Shown: positions 27,556 through 36,712, counted from the stretch's first letter. The stretch is DNA of 64,000 nucleotides from Candidatus Hydrogenedentota bacterium (GCA_963674865.2 CAXXYE010000004.1:256001-320000); one strand, 5' to 3'. Notes: generated from the letters alone by a model not told the origin. Made by a program: numbers and translations.

Positions 27556-29328
27556 CTAGACTCGCGTTCTCTCGCTATAGGCCGTGTGCAAGAGATGGTG
27601 TGACTTTTCGCCGAGAGGGGTGCCGAGGAACTCTTCATAGAGCTGTTTGATCTCGGGATTCTCGTGGGACTTGCGCAGTTTCTTGCCTTCATCTTCACGG
27701 CAGATGGCGGCGATGCGCGCCTTGCGCACTTGATCCGTGGTTACTCGCGGTTGGCCGCCGCCGCCGATGCATCCGCCGGGACAGGTCATGATTTCGACGA
27801 AATGGTATTGGGCCTCGCCGCTTCGGATGCGCTCGATAACCTTGCGCGCGTTACCGAGGCCGTGCGCCACGGCGACATTGAGGGCAACGCCGTCGAGGAA
27901 GGCCCATTCCGGAAGCGGGTCCTGGATGGTGAGCGACGCTTCTTTGATGCCGTCCAATCCGGCGATGGGCTCAACGCGCAGGCTGTCGAAGGGCAGTTCC
28001 CTGCCTGTGACGAGTTCATAAGCGGTGCGGAGGGCGGCTTCCATTACGCCGCCGGTGTTGGCGAAGATATCGGCGGCGCCGCTGGACATTCCGATGGGGG
28101 CGTCCATGGTGTCATCGGGCAGGGAGTCGAAGGCGACGCCTGCTTGCTTGATCATGCGCCCAAGCTCTCGGGTGGTAAGCACGATATCTACATCGCGCAC
28201 GCCGCTGTCGTCCATCTCGGGGCGCTGGGCTTCGAACTTCTTCGCTGTGCATGGCATCACGGAGACGACGACAATGTCGTCGGGATCTTTGTTGATCTTC
28301 TTAGCGTAGTAGGTCTTGGCAATCGCGCCGAACATCTGCTGGGGAGACTTGCACGTGGAGACGTTGTCCAGCATGTCGGGATGGAAGTACTCGATGAACT
28401 TGATCCAGCCGGGTGAACAACTCGTGAATTGTGGAAGCGCAACGGGCTGCTGATCGACCAGGGCTGTCTTAAGGCGGCTAAGGAGCTCGGAGCCCTCTTC
28501 CATGATCGTCAGATCCGCGGCGAAATTGGTGTCGAATACCGCGTCGAATCCCAAGCGGCGAAGGGCGGAAACCATCTTCCCGGTGACGAGTGTCCCCGGC
28601 GGATAGCCGAAGCATTCTCCGAGGGCCGCTCGAATGGCCGGCGCGGTCTGCACGACGACGTGCTTGTTCGGATTGTCAAGGGCGGCCCATACTTCGGCGA
28701 TTTCGTCCTTCTCGCTGATGGCGCCGACGGGGCATACGGCGGCGCACTGGCCGCACTGGACGCAGACGACATCGGCGAGGTCGTTACAGAAGGCGGGGCC
28801 TATCACCGTATCGAATCCGCGGTTCTGAGGGAAGAGTCCGCCTACGCCCTGCACTTCGCCGCATACGGTTACGCATCGGCGGCAGAGGACGCACTTGGCG
28901 GAGTCGCGGATGAGCGCCGGTGTACTGTCGTCCACGAAGCGCCGGCTCTTCTCACCGGTGTAGGTTATTTCCCGGATTCCGAGATCGCGGGCGAGGGTTT
29001 GTAGTTCACAGTCCTCGTTGCGATCGCAGGTCTGACAGTCGCCGTCGTGGTCGGAGAGCAGAAGCTCGACGACGGTTCGGCGCGCCTCACGTGCGCGCTT
29101 GCTGTTGGTGAATACCTTCATCCCGTCCGTGGCCGGCGTCGCGCACGAGGCCACGAGCGCCCTGGCGCCCTCGACCTCGACGAGGCAGACGCGGCAGGCG
29201 CCGATGGCTTGGGCGCCCTCCATATAGCACAGCGTAGGGATGGTGACGCCGGCGAGCTCGGCAGCCTTGAGGATGGTGGTCCCCTCCGAGACTTCGACGG
29301 TGATATTGTCGACAGTCAATGTCGGCAT
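27556..29328 (-). CDS. hydA: [FeFe]-hydrogenase catalytic subunit, group A3 type (HydA/HndD)
   Basis: N-terminal 2Fe-2S (IPTLC...CRVCLVE), HxxxCxxC, two 4Fe-4S motifs, FTSCSPGW, MPCTAKKFE, EIMTCPGGCIGGGGQP, SHENP...LLHT; GAGGAG RBS before ATG 29328. Confidence 0.96.
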   Translation of the reverse strand: MPTLTVDNITVEVSEGTTILKAAELAGVTIPTLCYMEGAQAIGACRVCLVEVEGARALVASCATPATDGMKVFTNSKRAREARRTVVELLLSDHDGDCQTCDRNEDCELQTLARDLGIREITYTGEKSRRFVDDSTPALIRDSAKCVLCRRCVTVCGEVQGVGGLFPQNRGFDTVIGPAFCNDLADVVCVQCGQCAAVCPVGAISEKDEIAEVWAALDNPNKHVVVQTAPAIRAALGECFGYPPGTLVTGKMVSALRRLGFDAVFDTNFAADLTIMEEGSELLSRLKTALVDQQPVALPQFTSCSPGWIKFIEYFHPDMLDNVSTCKSPQQMFGAIAKTYYAKKINKDPDDIVVVSVMPCTAKKFEAQRPEMDDSGVRDVDIVLTTRELGRMIKQAGVAFDSLPDDTMDAPIGMSSGAADIFANTGGVMEAALRTAYELVTGRELPFDSLRVEPIAGLDGIKEASLTIQDPLPEWAFLDGVALNVAVAHGLGNARKVIERIRSGEAQYHFVEIMTCPGGCIGGGGQPRVTTDQVRKARIAAICREDEGKKLRKSHENPEIKQLYEEFLGTPLGEKSHHLLHTAYSERTRV

Positions 29329-29382
29329 ACTTCCTAAACTCCTCTTTATGTTTCCGTTGCCTTCGGACGACATCCAAGGGCG

Positions 29383-32300
29383 CTAGGCCTGCAGATTCGT
29401 CTCGACTCCGTAGTCGCAGCGAAGGCAGCGGCATGCCTCGCGCAGGGCCGTTTTTTCCTCGAAGGGCAATTCCACTTCATTGAAATTCTCTCGGCGTTTT
29501 GCAATGGGAAGCAGCTTGATGCATGCGCGTGGGGCCTCCGATGGCTCCGCATCGGGGTCGAAGGAAGTGTCGACTTCGTAAGGCATGCGCCAGAAGGCGT
29601 GCTCCTCGTTGGTCAGGTACTTATCAATGCCGACGGCGGCGCGTTCACCGGCGCCGACGGCTTCGACGACGGAAGACGGCCCGCGCGCGGCATCGCCGCC
29701 CGCAAAGAGCCATTCCACCGAGGTCTGGCCTGTGAGCCGGTCGGACCACACGAAGTTCCATGAGGTCAGCTCAACGTCAAGGCCGTCGAGGACTGATTCA
29801 AGGTCCAACTTCTGCCCGATGGCGGCGATGACTTGGTCGCCTTCTTCGACAAAGGTGCGGCCTTCGCACGCCTCGGGGCGTCTGCGGCCGCTCCTATCGA
29901 ACTCGCCGAGAGCCATGTGGCTGCACAGTACGCCGGTGACGCGCCCGTTCTCGACGACGATCTCGCTCGGCGAGACGAGCATCTTGAGAAGAACGCCTTC
30001 ATGCTCGGCCTCTTCGACCTCTTCGGCATAGGCGGGCATTTCCTCGCGGGTGCGCCGGTACAGGATGGTCACGGATGATGCGCCCAGCCGGACGGCGGTG
30101 CGGGCGGCGTCCACGGCGGCGTTTCCGCCACCGATAACGATGACCTTCTTGCCAACGGGCACCGAACCGCGCAGGTTGTACTCGCGAAGGAAGCGAATGG
30201 CGTCGGTGACGCCTTGGGCATCTTCGTTAGGGATGCCTAGGCGGGTGCCGTGGGGGGCGCCCACGCCGAGGAATACCGCGTCATATCCGTCTTCGCGCAA
30301 ACCGTTCAAGGTGAAGTCGTGTCCGAGGCGCATGCCGGTTTCGATATCTACGCCGAGGCGTTCGATCATACGGATCTCGCGAGCGAGTTCTTCGCGCGGG
30401 AGGCGGTACGCGGGAATGGTCTGGACGAGCATTCCGCCCGGACGCGGCTCGGCCTCGAATACCGTGGGGCGGTAGCCTAGACGCGCGAGGAAATAGGCGC
30501 AGGAGAGTCCGGCCGGGCCCGCGCCGATGACGGCGATTTTTCGTTGGGCGTTTTTCTCGTTGTCGCGGACGTCGGGAAGCTGGATCGTCACTTCCTGTTC
30601 GACGAGGTAGCGCTTGAGGCCACGGATGGAGACGGCGTCATCCAGCGTGGAGCGTCGGCACTTGTCCTCGCAGGTATGGAAGCAGACGCGGGCGCATACC
30701 GACGCGAAGGGATTCCGGTTGCGATGGAGTCGAAGGGCTTCGGCATAGCGCTTCTCGGCGATGAGTGAGACGAAGCCTGGAATATTGACGTTTGCGGGGC
30801 AGGCGCTGATGCAAGGGGCGCGCACCAGGGCGGGGCACACGCCCGCCGGGCAGCGCTTCTCTCGGATGTGCGCCTCGAACTCGTCCCGGAAATGGCGGAT
30901 GGCCGACAGCACGGGATTGGCCGCGGTTTGGCCCAAGCCGCACAGGGCCGTGTCCTTGATCTGGTTTCCAAGGGTGATGAGGCGTTCGATGTCGCCCTCT
31001 TCACCTTTGCCTTCACAGATTCGCGTGACAATCTCCAGCATGCGTTTGGTGCCTATCCGGCAGGGAACGCACTTGCCGCATGACTCGTCCTGCACGAAGT
31101 CGAGGAAGTAGCGGGCCATATCGACCATGCACGTATCCTCGTCCATGACGATGAGTCCGCCGGAGCCCATGATGGCCCCGAGTTCATTGAGGGATTCGTA
31201 GTCAACCGGCACGTTCAGGTACTGCTTGGGTATGCAGCCGCCGGAGGGGCCGCCAATCTGCGCGGCTTTGAATGCCTTACCTTTGGGGATGCCTCCGCCG
31301 ATGTCGTAGATGATTTCCCCGAGCGCGGTGCCGACGGGCACCTCAACGAGGCCGGTGTTGTTGACGGCGCCCGCGAGCGCAAAGACCTTCGTCCCTTTGC
31401 TCTTCTCGGTTCCGAAGGTGCTGTACCAGTCGGCGCCCCTCTGGATAATGACGGGGATGTTTGCGTAGGTTTCGACATTATTGAGGAGGCTGGGCTTTTC
31501 CCAGAGGCCTTTGACGGCCGGGAATGGGGGACGGGGGCGGGGCTCGCCGCGCTTGCCCTCGACAGAGCGCATCAAGGCGGTTTCCTCACCGCAGACAAAG
31601 GCCCCTGATCCCATCCGGATCTCGAGGTCGAAACTGAAGTCTGCTCCGAGGATATTCTGCCCAAGGAGTCCGTATTCCCTCGCTTGGGCGATGGCGTTTT
31701 CGAGGCGCTCAACGGCCAGGGGATATTCGGCGCGGACGTAGATGAATCCCTGGCTCGCACCGACGGCGTATCCCGCGATGGCCATGGCCTCGATGACGCT
31801 GTGCGGATCGCCTTCGAGGACGCTGCGATCCATGAACGCGCCCGGATCGCCCTCATCGCCATTGCAGAGGACATACTTCGTGTCGCCCGGCGCCTTGCGC
31901 GTGAAGCTCCACTTCAGGCCGGTGTTGAAGCCGGCGCCGCCGCGCCCGCGCAGTCCGGAGCGTTTGACTTCGTCAATGACTTGGTCAGGACTCATCTCCG
32001 TGAGCGCCTTGGAGAGGGCCTGGTAGCCGTCCCGTGCGATGTACTCGTCAATGTTGGTGGGGTCGATGACTCCGCAATTGCGAAGCACCACCTTCTGTTG
32101 CTGTTGGAAGAATCCTATCTCCCTGAGGGCCGGGACGATCTGCGCCGTCGCCGGTGTCTGGAAGTTCAGGCGCTCGACCACCCTTCCTTTGAGGAGGTGT
32201 TCTTCAACGAGGTCGGCGGCGTCTTCCGGTTTGAGGCCTTGGTAGAAGATCCCGTCCGGATAGACCACTGCCACGGGGCCGACGGCGCAGGGGCCGAGGC

Positions 32301-32442
32301 ATCCCGTTTCGACTAGCCGCACTTCTTTCTCAAGGCCATGTTTCTCGAGTGCCGCGCGAATAGCCGCACTCACCTCTAAAGCGCCCGAGGCCACACAACT
32401 CGCTCCAGCGCATACAAGGACGTGCGATCGAATGCCGTCCAT
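29383..32442 (-). CDS. hydB: HydB/HndC (NuoF-like FMN/NADH subunit) fused to a GltD/NfnB-like FAD/NADPH oxidoreductase module
   Basis: Thioredoxin-like 2Fe-2S, LRGRGGAGF, NGDEGDPGAFMDR, GAFVCGEETAL, ESCGKCVPCR; then PCISACP, CARVCFHTCEDKC, IGAGPAGL, IGGGNAAVD...YRR, FAGGD, EACRCLRC; start ATG 32442. Confidence 0.92.
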   Translation of the reverse strand: MDGIRSHVLVCAGASCVASGALEVSAAIRAALEKHGLEKEVRLVETGCLGPCAVGPVAVVYPDGIFYQGLKPEDAADLVEEHLLKGRVVERLNFQTPATAQIVPALREIGFFQQQQKVVLRNCGVIDPTNIDEYIARDGYQALSKALTEMSPDQVIDEVKRSGLRGRGGAGFNTGLKWSFTRKAPGDTKYVLCNGDEGDPGAFMDRSVLEGDPHSVIEAMAIAGYAVGASQGFIYVRAEYPLAVERLENAIAQAREYGLLGQNILGADFSFDLEIRMGSGAFVCGEETALMRSVEGKRGEPRPRPPFPAVKGLWEKPSLLNNVETYANIPVIIQRGADWYSTFGTEKSKGTKVFALAGAVNNTGLVEVPVGTALGEIIYDIGGGIPKGKAFKAAQIGGPSGGCIPKQYLNVPVDYESLNELGAIMGSGGLIVMDEDTCMVDMARYFLDFVQDESCGKCVPCRIGTKRMLEIVTRICEGKGEEGDIERLITLGNQIKDTALCGLGQTAANPVLSAIRHFRDEFEAHIREKRCPAGVCPALVRAPCISACPANVNIPGFVSLIAEKRYAEALRLHRNRNPFASVCARVCFHTCEDKCRRSTLDDAVSIRGLKRYLVEQEVTIQLPDVRDNEKNAQRKIAVIGAGPAGLSCAYFLARLGYRPTVFEAEPRPGGMLVQTIPAYRLPREELAREIRMIERLGVDIETGMRLGHDFTLNGLREDGYDAVFLGVGAPHGTRLGIPNEDAQGVTDAIRFLREYNLRGSVPVGKKVIVIGGGNAAVDAARTAVRLGASSVTILYRRTREEMPAYAEEVEEAEHEGVLLKMLVSPSEIVVENGRVTGVLCSHMALGEFDRSGRRRPEACEGRTFVEEGDQVIAAIGQKLDLESVLDGLDVELTSWNFVWSDRLTGQTSVEWLFAGGDAARGPSSVVEAVGAGERAAVGIDKYLTNEEHAFWRMPYEVDTSFDPDAEPSEAPRACIKLLPIAKRRENFNEVELPFEEKTALREACRCLRCDYGVETNLQA

Positions 32443-32490
32443 ACTCCACTGCTCTCCTTTCACGTCGGGTTCGCGGAAAATCCCGCCCCG

Positions 32491-32862
32491 TTAGTCTGCG
32501 ATCAAATACTCGAGGACGGGTTGTCCGTCGAGGACGTGTTCCTGGACAATTTTTCGGATTCGCTCGGCGTTGAGCTTCCCGTAGTGGTGCTCGGCGCCAT
32601 CGCCCGTCGCTACCGTCAGCATGGGCTCGCGGTCACAAAGGCCGGCGCATCCCGACTGACGCAAGGTGACGTTATCGACCTGGGATGATTCGAGTTCGGC
32701 GACCAGGGCGGCAAGCACGTCGCGTGCGCCGGCGGCGATTCCGCAGGTGCCCATGTGTACGGTGATCTGGATATCCTTGGGTTTGCCGCGAACATCCATT
32801 TCGGCACGTGCACTTTCCCGAAGCGCATTGAGGTCCTTAGGATTGTTGATTTTTGGCGACAT
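32491..32862 (-). CDS. Thioredoxin-like [2Fe-2S] ferredoxin subunit (HydD/HndB-like)
   Basis: VHMGTCGIAAGA, QSGCAGLCDREP, IVQEHVLDG; AAGGAG RBS. Confidence 0.88.
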   Translation of the reverse strand: MSPKINNPKDLNALRESARAEMDVRGKPKDIQITVHMGTCGIAAGARDVLAALVAELESSQVDNVTLRQSGCAGLCDREPMLTVATGDGAEHHYGKLNAERIRKIVQEHVLDGQPVLEYLIAD

Positions 32863-32900
32863 CGTTTCCCTTCTCCTTGAGCCGGGCCCTTGCCCGTATC

Positions 32901-33437
32901 CTATGCCTGGTTCACGGGGGAAAGGTCTTCCCTCTCGATATACTCGTCCAGGATCGCCTGGATCTTTGTGGGTTTGACGCGTTGATAGACGTCATTGTCG
33001 ATCATGATGGCCGGGGCAAGGCCGCAAGCTCCAAAACAGCGCGCCACGTCGAGCGAGAAGAGGCGGTCTTCCGTCGTCTGGCCGACGTCAATGCCAAGGC
33101 GTTGCTTTAGCGCCTCGAGTACCTGCTTGCCTCCGCGGACATAACACGCTGTGCCCAGGCAAACACGAATGACGTGCTTGCCTCTTGGGATAGTCGAGAA
33201 GAAGGAGTAGAAACTCACCACTCCCGCCACTTCGCTGTAGGATTTGCTGAGGCCCAGACTGATGGCCTTCAGCGCTGACTCGGGAAGGTAGCCGAACATG
33301 GCCTGCGCGATTTGCAGCACCGGGATGAGGGCTCCCGGCTTGTCGCGGTAGTCGGCAATGACTTCATTGAGCCGCTCCAGCAATTCCTCTTCTGAGAGCC
33401 CTTCCGTACAGGCGCAGGGCTTGGTTTGCTCGCTCAT
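32901..33437 (-). CDS. hydC: HydC/HndA (NuoE-like 2Fe-2S subunit); also the C-terminal half of the 384-aa ORF
   Basis: LIPVLQIAQ, GVVSFYSFF, IRVCLGTACYVRG, RCFGACGLAP; own RBS GAAGGAGA before ATG 33437. Confidence 0.9.
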   Translation of the reverse strand: MSEQTKPCACTEGLSEEELLERLNEVIADYRDKPGALIPVLQIAQAMFGYLPESALKAISLGLSKSYSEVAGVVSFYSFFSTIPRGKHVIRVCLGTACYVRGGKQVLEALKQRLGIDVGQTTEDRLFSLDVARCFGACGLAPAIMIDNDVYQRVKPTKIQAILDEYIEREDLSPVNQA

Positions 33438-34055
33438 ACATCTCTCCTTCTCGATGACATTGTTTCCATTCCCTTTAATGCGTTCGAGCCCCATGGCGGC
33501 GTGCGCGGCGGGGCGACAACTGAACAAGGCTGTGAGGTGCGCACGAAGCTTTTCCGAGACGCGGCGTGCGACGACAAGGCCATATCTATCGTCTGAATCG
33601 ATCTCGCGGGCCACATCCGACACGCGAATCGAGCAATCGGAGCCGTCCGCTTTTATCTGGCACCAAAGGTCCAAGGCCGGGTTTGTACAGACAACGGACG
33701 ACAAGGTGGTCGCGAGATCGCCCAAGGGCTGGCGGTCCACGTTGCTCAATTGCATCTTGACGTCGACCTGTAGTCCGCCGAGCCTTGATTTGTCCATGGA
33801 GAGCGAGCCGCCCGCGCGTTCGGCCGCAGCCTTGAAGAGGCTGAGGCCAAGTCCCGTTCGCTTCCCGTTTTTCGTCGTGTAATAGGGGTCGAGGGCCTGT
33901 TCGGGCGTTACCGTCAGTCCAGGGCCGTTATCCTCGACGATGAGCTTAAGCCAATCTTCGGCGCGGCTTTCGGCGATGGTGACCGCGATGACGGAGGCGC
34001 CGGCGCGGAGCGCGTTCTCGACGACGTCCAGAATATGTAGGGATATCTCACGCAA
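32901..34055 (-). CDS. HATPase_c (kinase-like ATPase) reading in frame into hydC
   Basis: MREISLHILDVVENALRAGA, EDNGPG, DPYYTTK, GLGLSL, DRQPLGD; no stop before the hydC start; TTG start overlaps the PHP gene stop. Confidence 0.8.
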   Translation of the reverse strand: MREISLHILDVVENALRAGASVIAVTIAESRAEDWLKLIVEDNGPGLTVTPEQALDPYYTTKNGKRTGLGLSLFKAAAERAGGSLSMDKSRLGGLQVDVKMQLSNVDRQPLGDLATTLSSVVCTNPALDLWCQIKADGSDCSIRVSDVAREIDSDDRYGLVVARRVSEKLRAHLTALFSCRPAAHAAMGLERIKGNGNNVIEKERCMSEQTKPCACTEGLSEEELLERLNEVIADYRDKPGALIPVLQIAQAMFGYLPESALKAISLGLSKSYSEVAGVVSFYSFFSTIPRGKHVIRVCLGTACYVRGGKQVLEALKQRLGIDVGQTTEDRLFSLDVARCFGACGLAPAIMIDNDVYQRVKPTKIQAILDEYIEREDLSPVNQA

Positions 34056-34782
34056 TTGAACAGCTTCTCCCTGATGCGCCGGCTAAGGCCAGAGCCAATT
34101 CCTCGAACGTTGCGTCGTGCATGTGGAACACGGTGTGGCAACTTCCGAGGTCGTCGAGGAAATGACTGTCCGAAGCCGCCAAGACGGGGAATCCGAGGTG
34201 GGCGAAGTCCTGGGAACGGCCGGCGCGAACGCCGACAGGAGAGATTTCGATGGCGTCGAAATGAGTCTTTTCAGGCCATATGCCGAGTTGGCTGGTTACT
34301 GAGAAAGAGGGCCTATCGACGTGCGAAGCGATGGCCAATGCGCCGTGGGCGTGGGCAAAGTCTACAGCGTCGTCGAGGGAAAGGCGCCATGCCGAGGACA
34401 GAAGACGCGACTCTTTTCCGATGGTGTTTCCACGGGATTCCATCAAGCGTTGGGAGCCAAAGGTGTCGCTGCGATCCGCGCCGTTCGGCAGGTCATCTAG
34501 AATCGTCCGTCCGGCTCGTGATGCCGCGTCCGCATCCGGAAACAGCGCAAGAACATGGATCTCCTCGGCGGTCGTCATCTCGATGCCGGCGAACACCGTC
34601 AGGTTGTCCCCTGCGGCCGTCATGACGGCCGCAGCGTTTCCTGCCGTGTTATGGTCGCAGATGGCCACGATGTCGAGTCCTTTGTTGATCGCTTGGGAAA
34701 CGATCGCCGGGGGCGTCATTTCCGGGTCGGCGCACGGCGATAGCGCGGTGTGTACGTGCAGATCTGCTGCGAACGCCTTCAC
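34048..34782 (-). CDS. PHP-domain phosphoesterase of hydrogenase-associated type
   Basis: ADLHVHTALSPC, AICDHN, GIEMTTAEEIH, SHVDR, SDSH. Confidence 0.9.
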   Translation of the reverse strand: MKAFAADLHVHTALSPCADPEMTPPAIVSQAINKGLDIVAICDHNTAGNAAAVMTAAGDNLTVFAGIEMTTAEEIHVLALFPDADAASRAGRTILDDLPNGADRSDTFGSQRLMESRGNTIGKESRLLSSAWRLSLDDAVDFAHAHGALAIASHVDRPSFSVTSQLGIWPEKTHFDAIEISPVGVRAGRSQDFAHLGFPVLAASDSHFLDDLGSCHTVFHMHDATFEELALALAGASGRSCSIA

Positions 34783-35132
34783 TCATTGGGCCCTCGCAAA
34801 CCAAGGGCGTAAAGACGCCCGACGATGTCAAACGCCGGTTGCCGGGAAGTGTAGAGGGCGATTCCCTCCTCGGCGGCCTTGGCACGGGTGTTTTCATCGG
34901 GCCGGCGGTCGGAGGCGAAGATAATCGCCGCCAACTCGGTATGTAACGCCACGGCTACGACGTTGGTGTGTACCTGAACCGTAACAAGGACGCCGGAGCG
35001 CGGCGCGTGGGCTAGGACATCGCTCAATAGGTCGGACACGTGGCCGCCCGCTACTTCCCTTTCATCGTCGGGGGTAATTTCGGGGGTCAGGTTCTCTAGT
35101 TCCAGTTTTCGAGCGATTTCAGCTAGTTTCAC
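34779..35132 (-). CDS. DRTGG-domain protein
   Basis: GTG start overlapping the upstream stop; VKLAEIARKLEL...GGHVSDLLSDVLA...VTVQVHTNVVAVA...AEEGIAL. Confidence 0.82.
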   Translation of the reverse strand: MKLAEIARKLELENLTPEITPDDEREVAGGHVSDLLSDVLAHAPRSGVLVTVQVHTNVVAVALHTELAAIIFASDRRPDENTRAKAAEEGIALYTSRQPAFDIVGRLYALGLRGPNE

Positions 35133-36712
35133 GGGAGTTCCTCCGCCCGCGGCGCGCCTGCGTAGGGGCACGCCGACAGTTTGGCCCGGCCTAGGACGAT
35201 ATCTTCCGCAAGTGCCGAACAGGTCGGGGCGCCGCACACTCCGCAGTTTCGTCCGGGAAGCGATGCGGCCATTTTGTCCATCCGGCCCAGTTTTTCGATG
35301 GCTTTGGCCATGTCGGGGTCGAGTCGGATCCCGGCTATCGGCCTTATGTCTTTCAGTCGGCAAACAGCGCCCGCCCGCGCGGGCGCCAAGTGGTCGTTTA
35401 GGAGAGAGGCGGCTGTGCGCCATGAGCGTTCAGCCAAGTAGGGGTCTTGGCCCCACACCGGAGAGCCGAAGCACCCCTGTTGACAGGCGTAGAGTTCCAG
35501 GACGCGGGCGCCTGGATCGGCGCCGGTCTCGAGCGCCTCGAGAACGGCCGTAACATGGCCAAGGCCGCTTACCTGGAGCACGTCGCCGGGCGCACCTTTC
35601 GTCGGCGTCTCGTCGACGGAAGGCGACGGTGTCTTCCTGTCCCGGAGGCCCGTCATGACGGCTTCATAAAGTGCTCGGGCGGAGATCATGTCCGTTCCCG
35701 TCAAGAGGCCGGCAGCGTGCAGAACGGCGATCTGGGCCGGGCAGAGCGCGATGAAAGAGGAGTGAGAGCAGGTGAGTTCTTGGCAGGCTGCCTCGATTGG
35801 CGTCAGGAATGGGGCCACCAATCGCAATAGCGAGGCGTACCGCAGGTGGATCAGATTCATCACGGCCGGACACACGGGTGAGATGATCGGCCCAAGATTT
35901 GAGCGGCGCGCGTAGTTCCTGACGGCCTCGCGAAGAGGGATTTCCCATTCGCTGCTGAGCCGAATCGTCTCAAATCCGAGTTCTCTCAGCGTAGCTAGAA
36001 TGTCCTGCGGCCGGTAGGCGAGCCCGAACTGGCCAAGGAAGGCCTCCGGCAGTACCAGGCATTTATCGGCTGAAAAGGGAAGCGGCTCCGCGTCGCGCCA
36101 CACGCCTAACGCCCCGGTATCGCAGGCCTCGATACATGACGCGCAGCCTACGCACAGATGATCCAGGATGGCGGGCGCGTCGTTGCGGATGCGGACGGCT
36201 TGTGTTGGGCAGGCGCGCAGGCAGGCCAGGCAAGTGTGGCAGCGTTCCGGATGGATGTGGACATGGCTCGAATGCCGCGCCGGCTCGCCGGTTTCCTGTT
36301 GGAGCAGCACCTTGAATCGAACCTGAGTGCCGCAGCCAACCGTGGAACTGACGGAGAACTCATCGGTGTTCCGCCGTATGTTGGGGAAACCCATTCCGGC
36401 GCCGAAGCCCAGTTCCCGCGCGCGGGGGGGGGCGGTGGAGAAACCTTCCCGCATAGCCTGAGGGATATCGGATATCCCGGGGCCGGTGTCCTCAATGGAC
36501 ACATCCACCTGAGAGGGATCGATGCCGATACGCATGACGCCTCCTCGTGCGTGGATCACGGTGTTCATCTCGGCCTCGTAGGCTGCGATCATCGTTCTGC
36601 GAATGCTCTCCGGCGACGCACCGATGCGTTTCAACATTTCCTTAAGCTGTCTTGTGGCATGCCCCCCGGCCTCGTAGTCGCCTCCGGCGATGTCGAACAC
36701 CGCCGTCTTCAT
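35129..36712 (-). CDS. RsbT-like Ser/Thr kinase (HATPase) fused to ferredoxin, degenerate [FeFe]-hydrogenase-like and FeS domains
   Basis: AAYEAEMNTVIHA, DTGPGISDI, EGFSTA, GFGAGMG; CHTCLACLRACP and CVGCASCIEAC; SPVCPAV, ALCPAQ, ELYACQQGCFGS; LPGRNCGVCGAPTC; start ATG 36712. Confidence 0.82.
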   Translation of the reverse strand: MKTAVFDIAGGDYEAGGHATRQLKEMLKRIGASPESIRRTMIAAYEAEMNTVIHARGGVMRIGIDPSQVDVSIEDTGPGISDIPQAMREGFSTAPPRARELGFGAGMGFPNIRRNTDEFSVSSTVGCGTQVRFKVLLQQETGEPARHSSHVHIHPERCHTCLACLRACPTQAVRIRNDAPAILDHLCVGCASCIEACDTGALGVWRDAEPLPFSADKCLVLPEAFLGQFGLAYRPQDILATLRELGFETIRLSSEWEIPLREAVRNYARRSNLGPIISPVCPAVMNLIHLRYASLLRLVAPFLTPIEAACQELTCSHSSFIALCPAQIAVLHAAGLLTGTDMISARALYEAVMTGLRDRKTPSPSVDETPTKGAPGDVLQVSGLGHVTAVLEALETGADPGARVLELYACQQGCFGSPVWGQDPYLAERSWRTAASLLNDHLAPARAGAVCRLKDIRPIAGIRLDPDMAKAIEKLGRMDKMAASLPGRNCGVCGAPTCSALAEDIVLGRAKLSACPYAGAPRAEELP

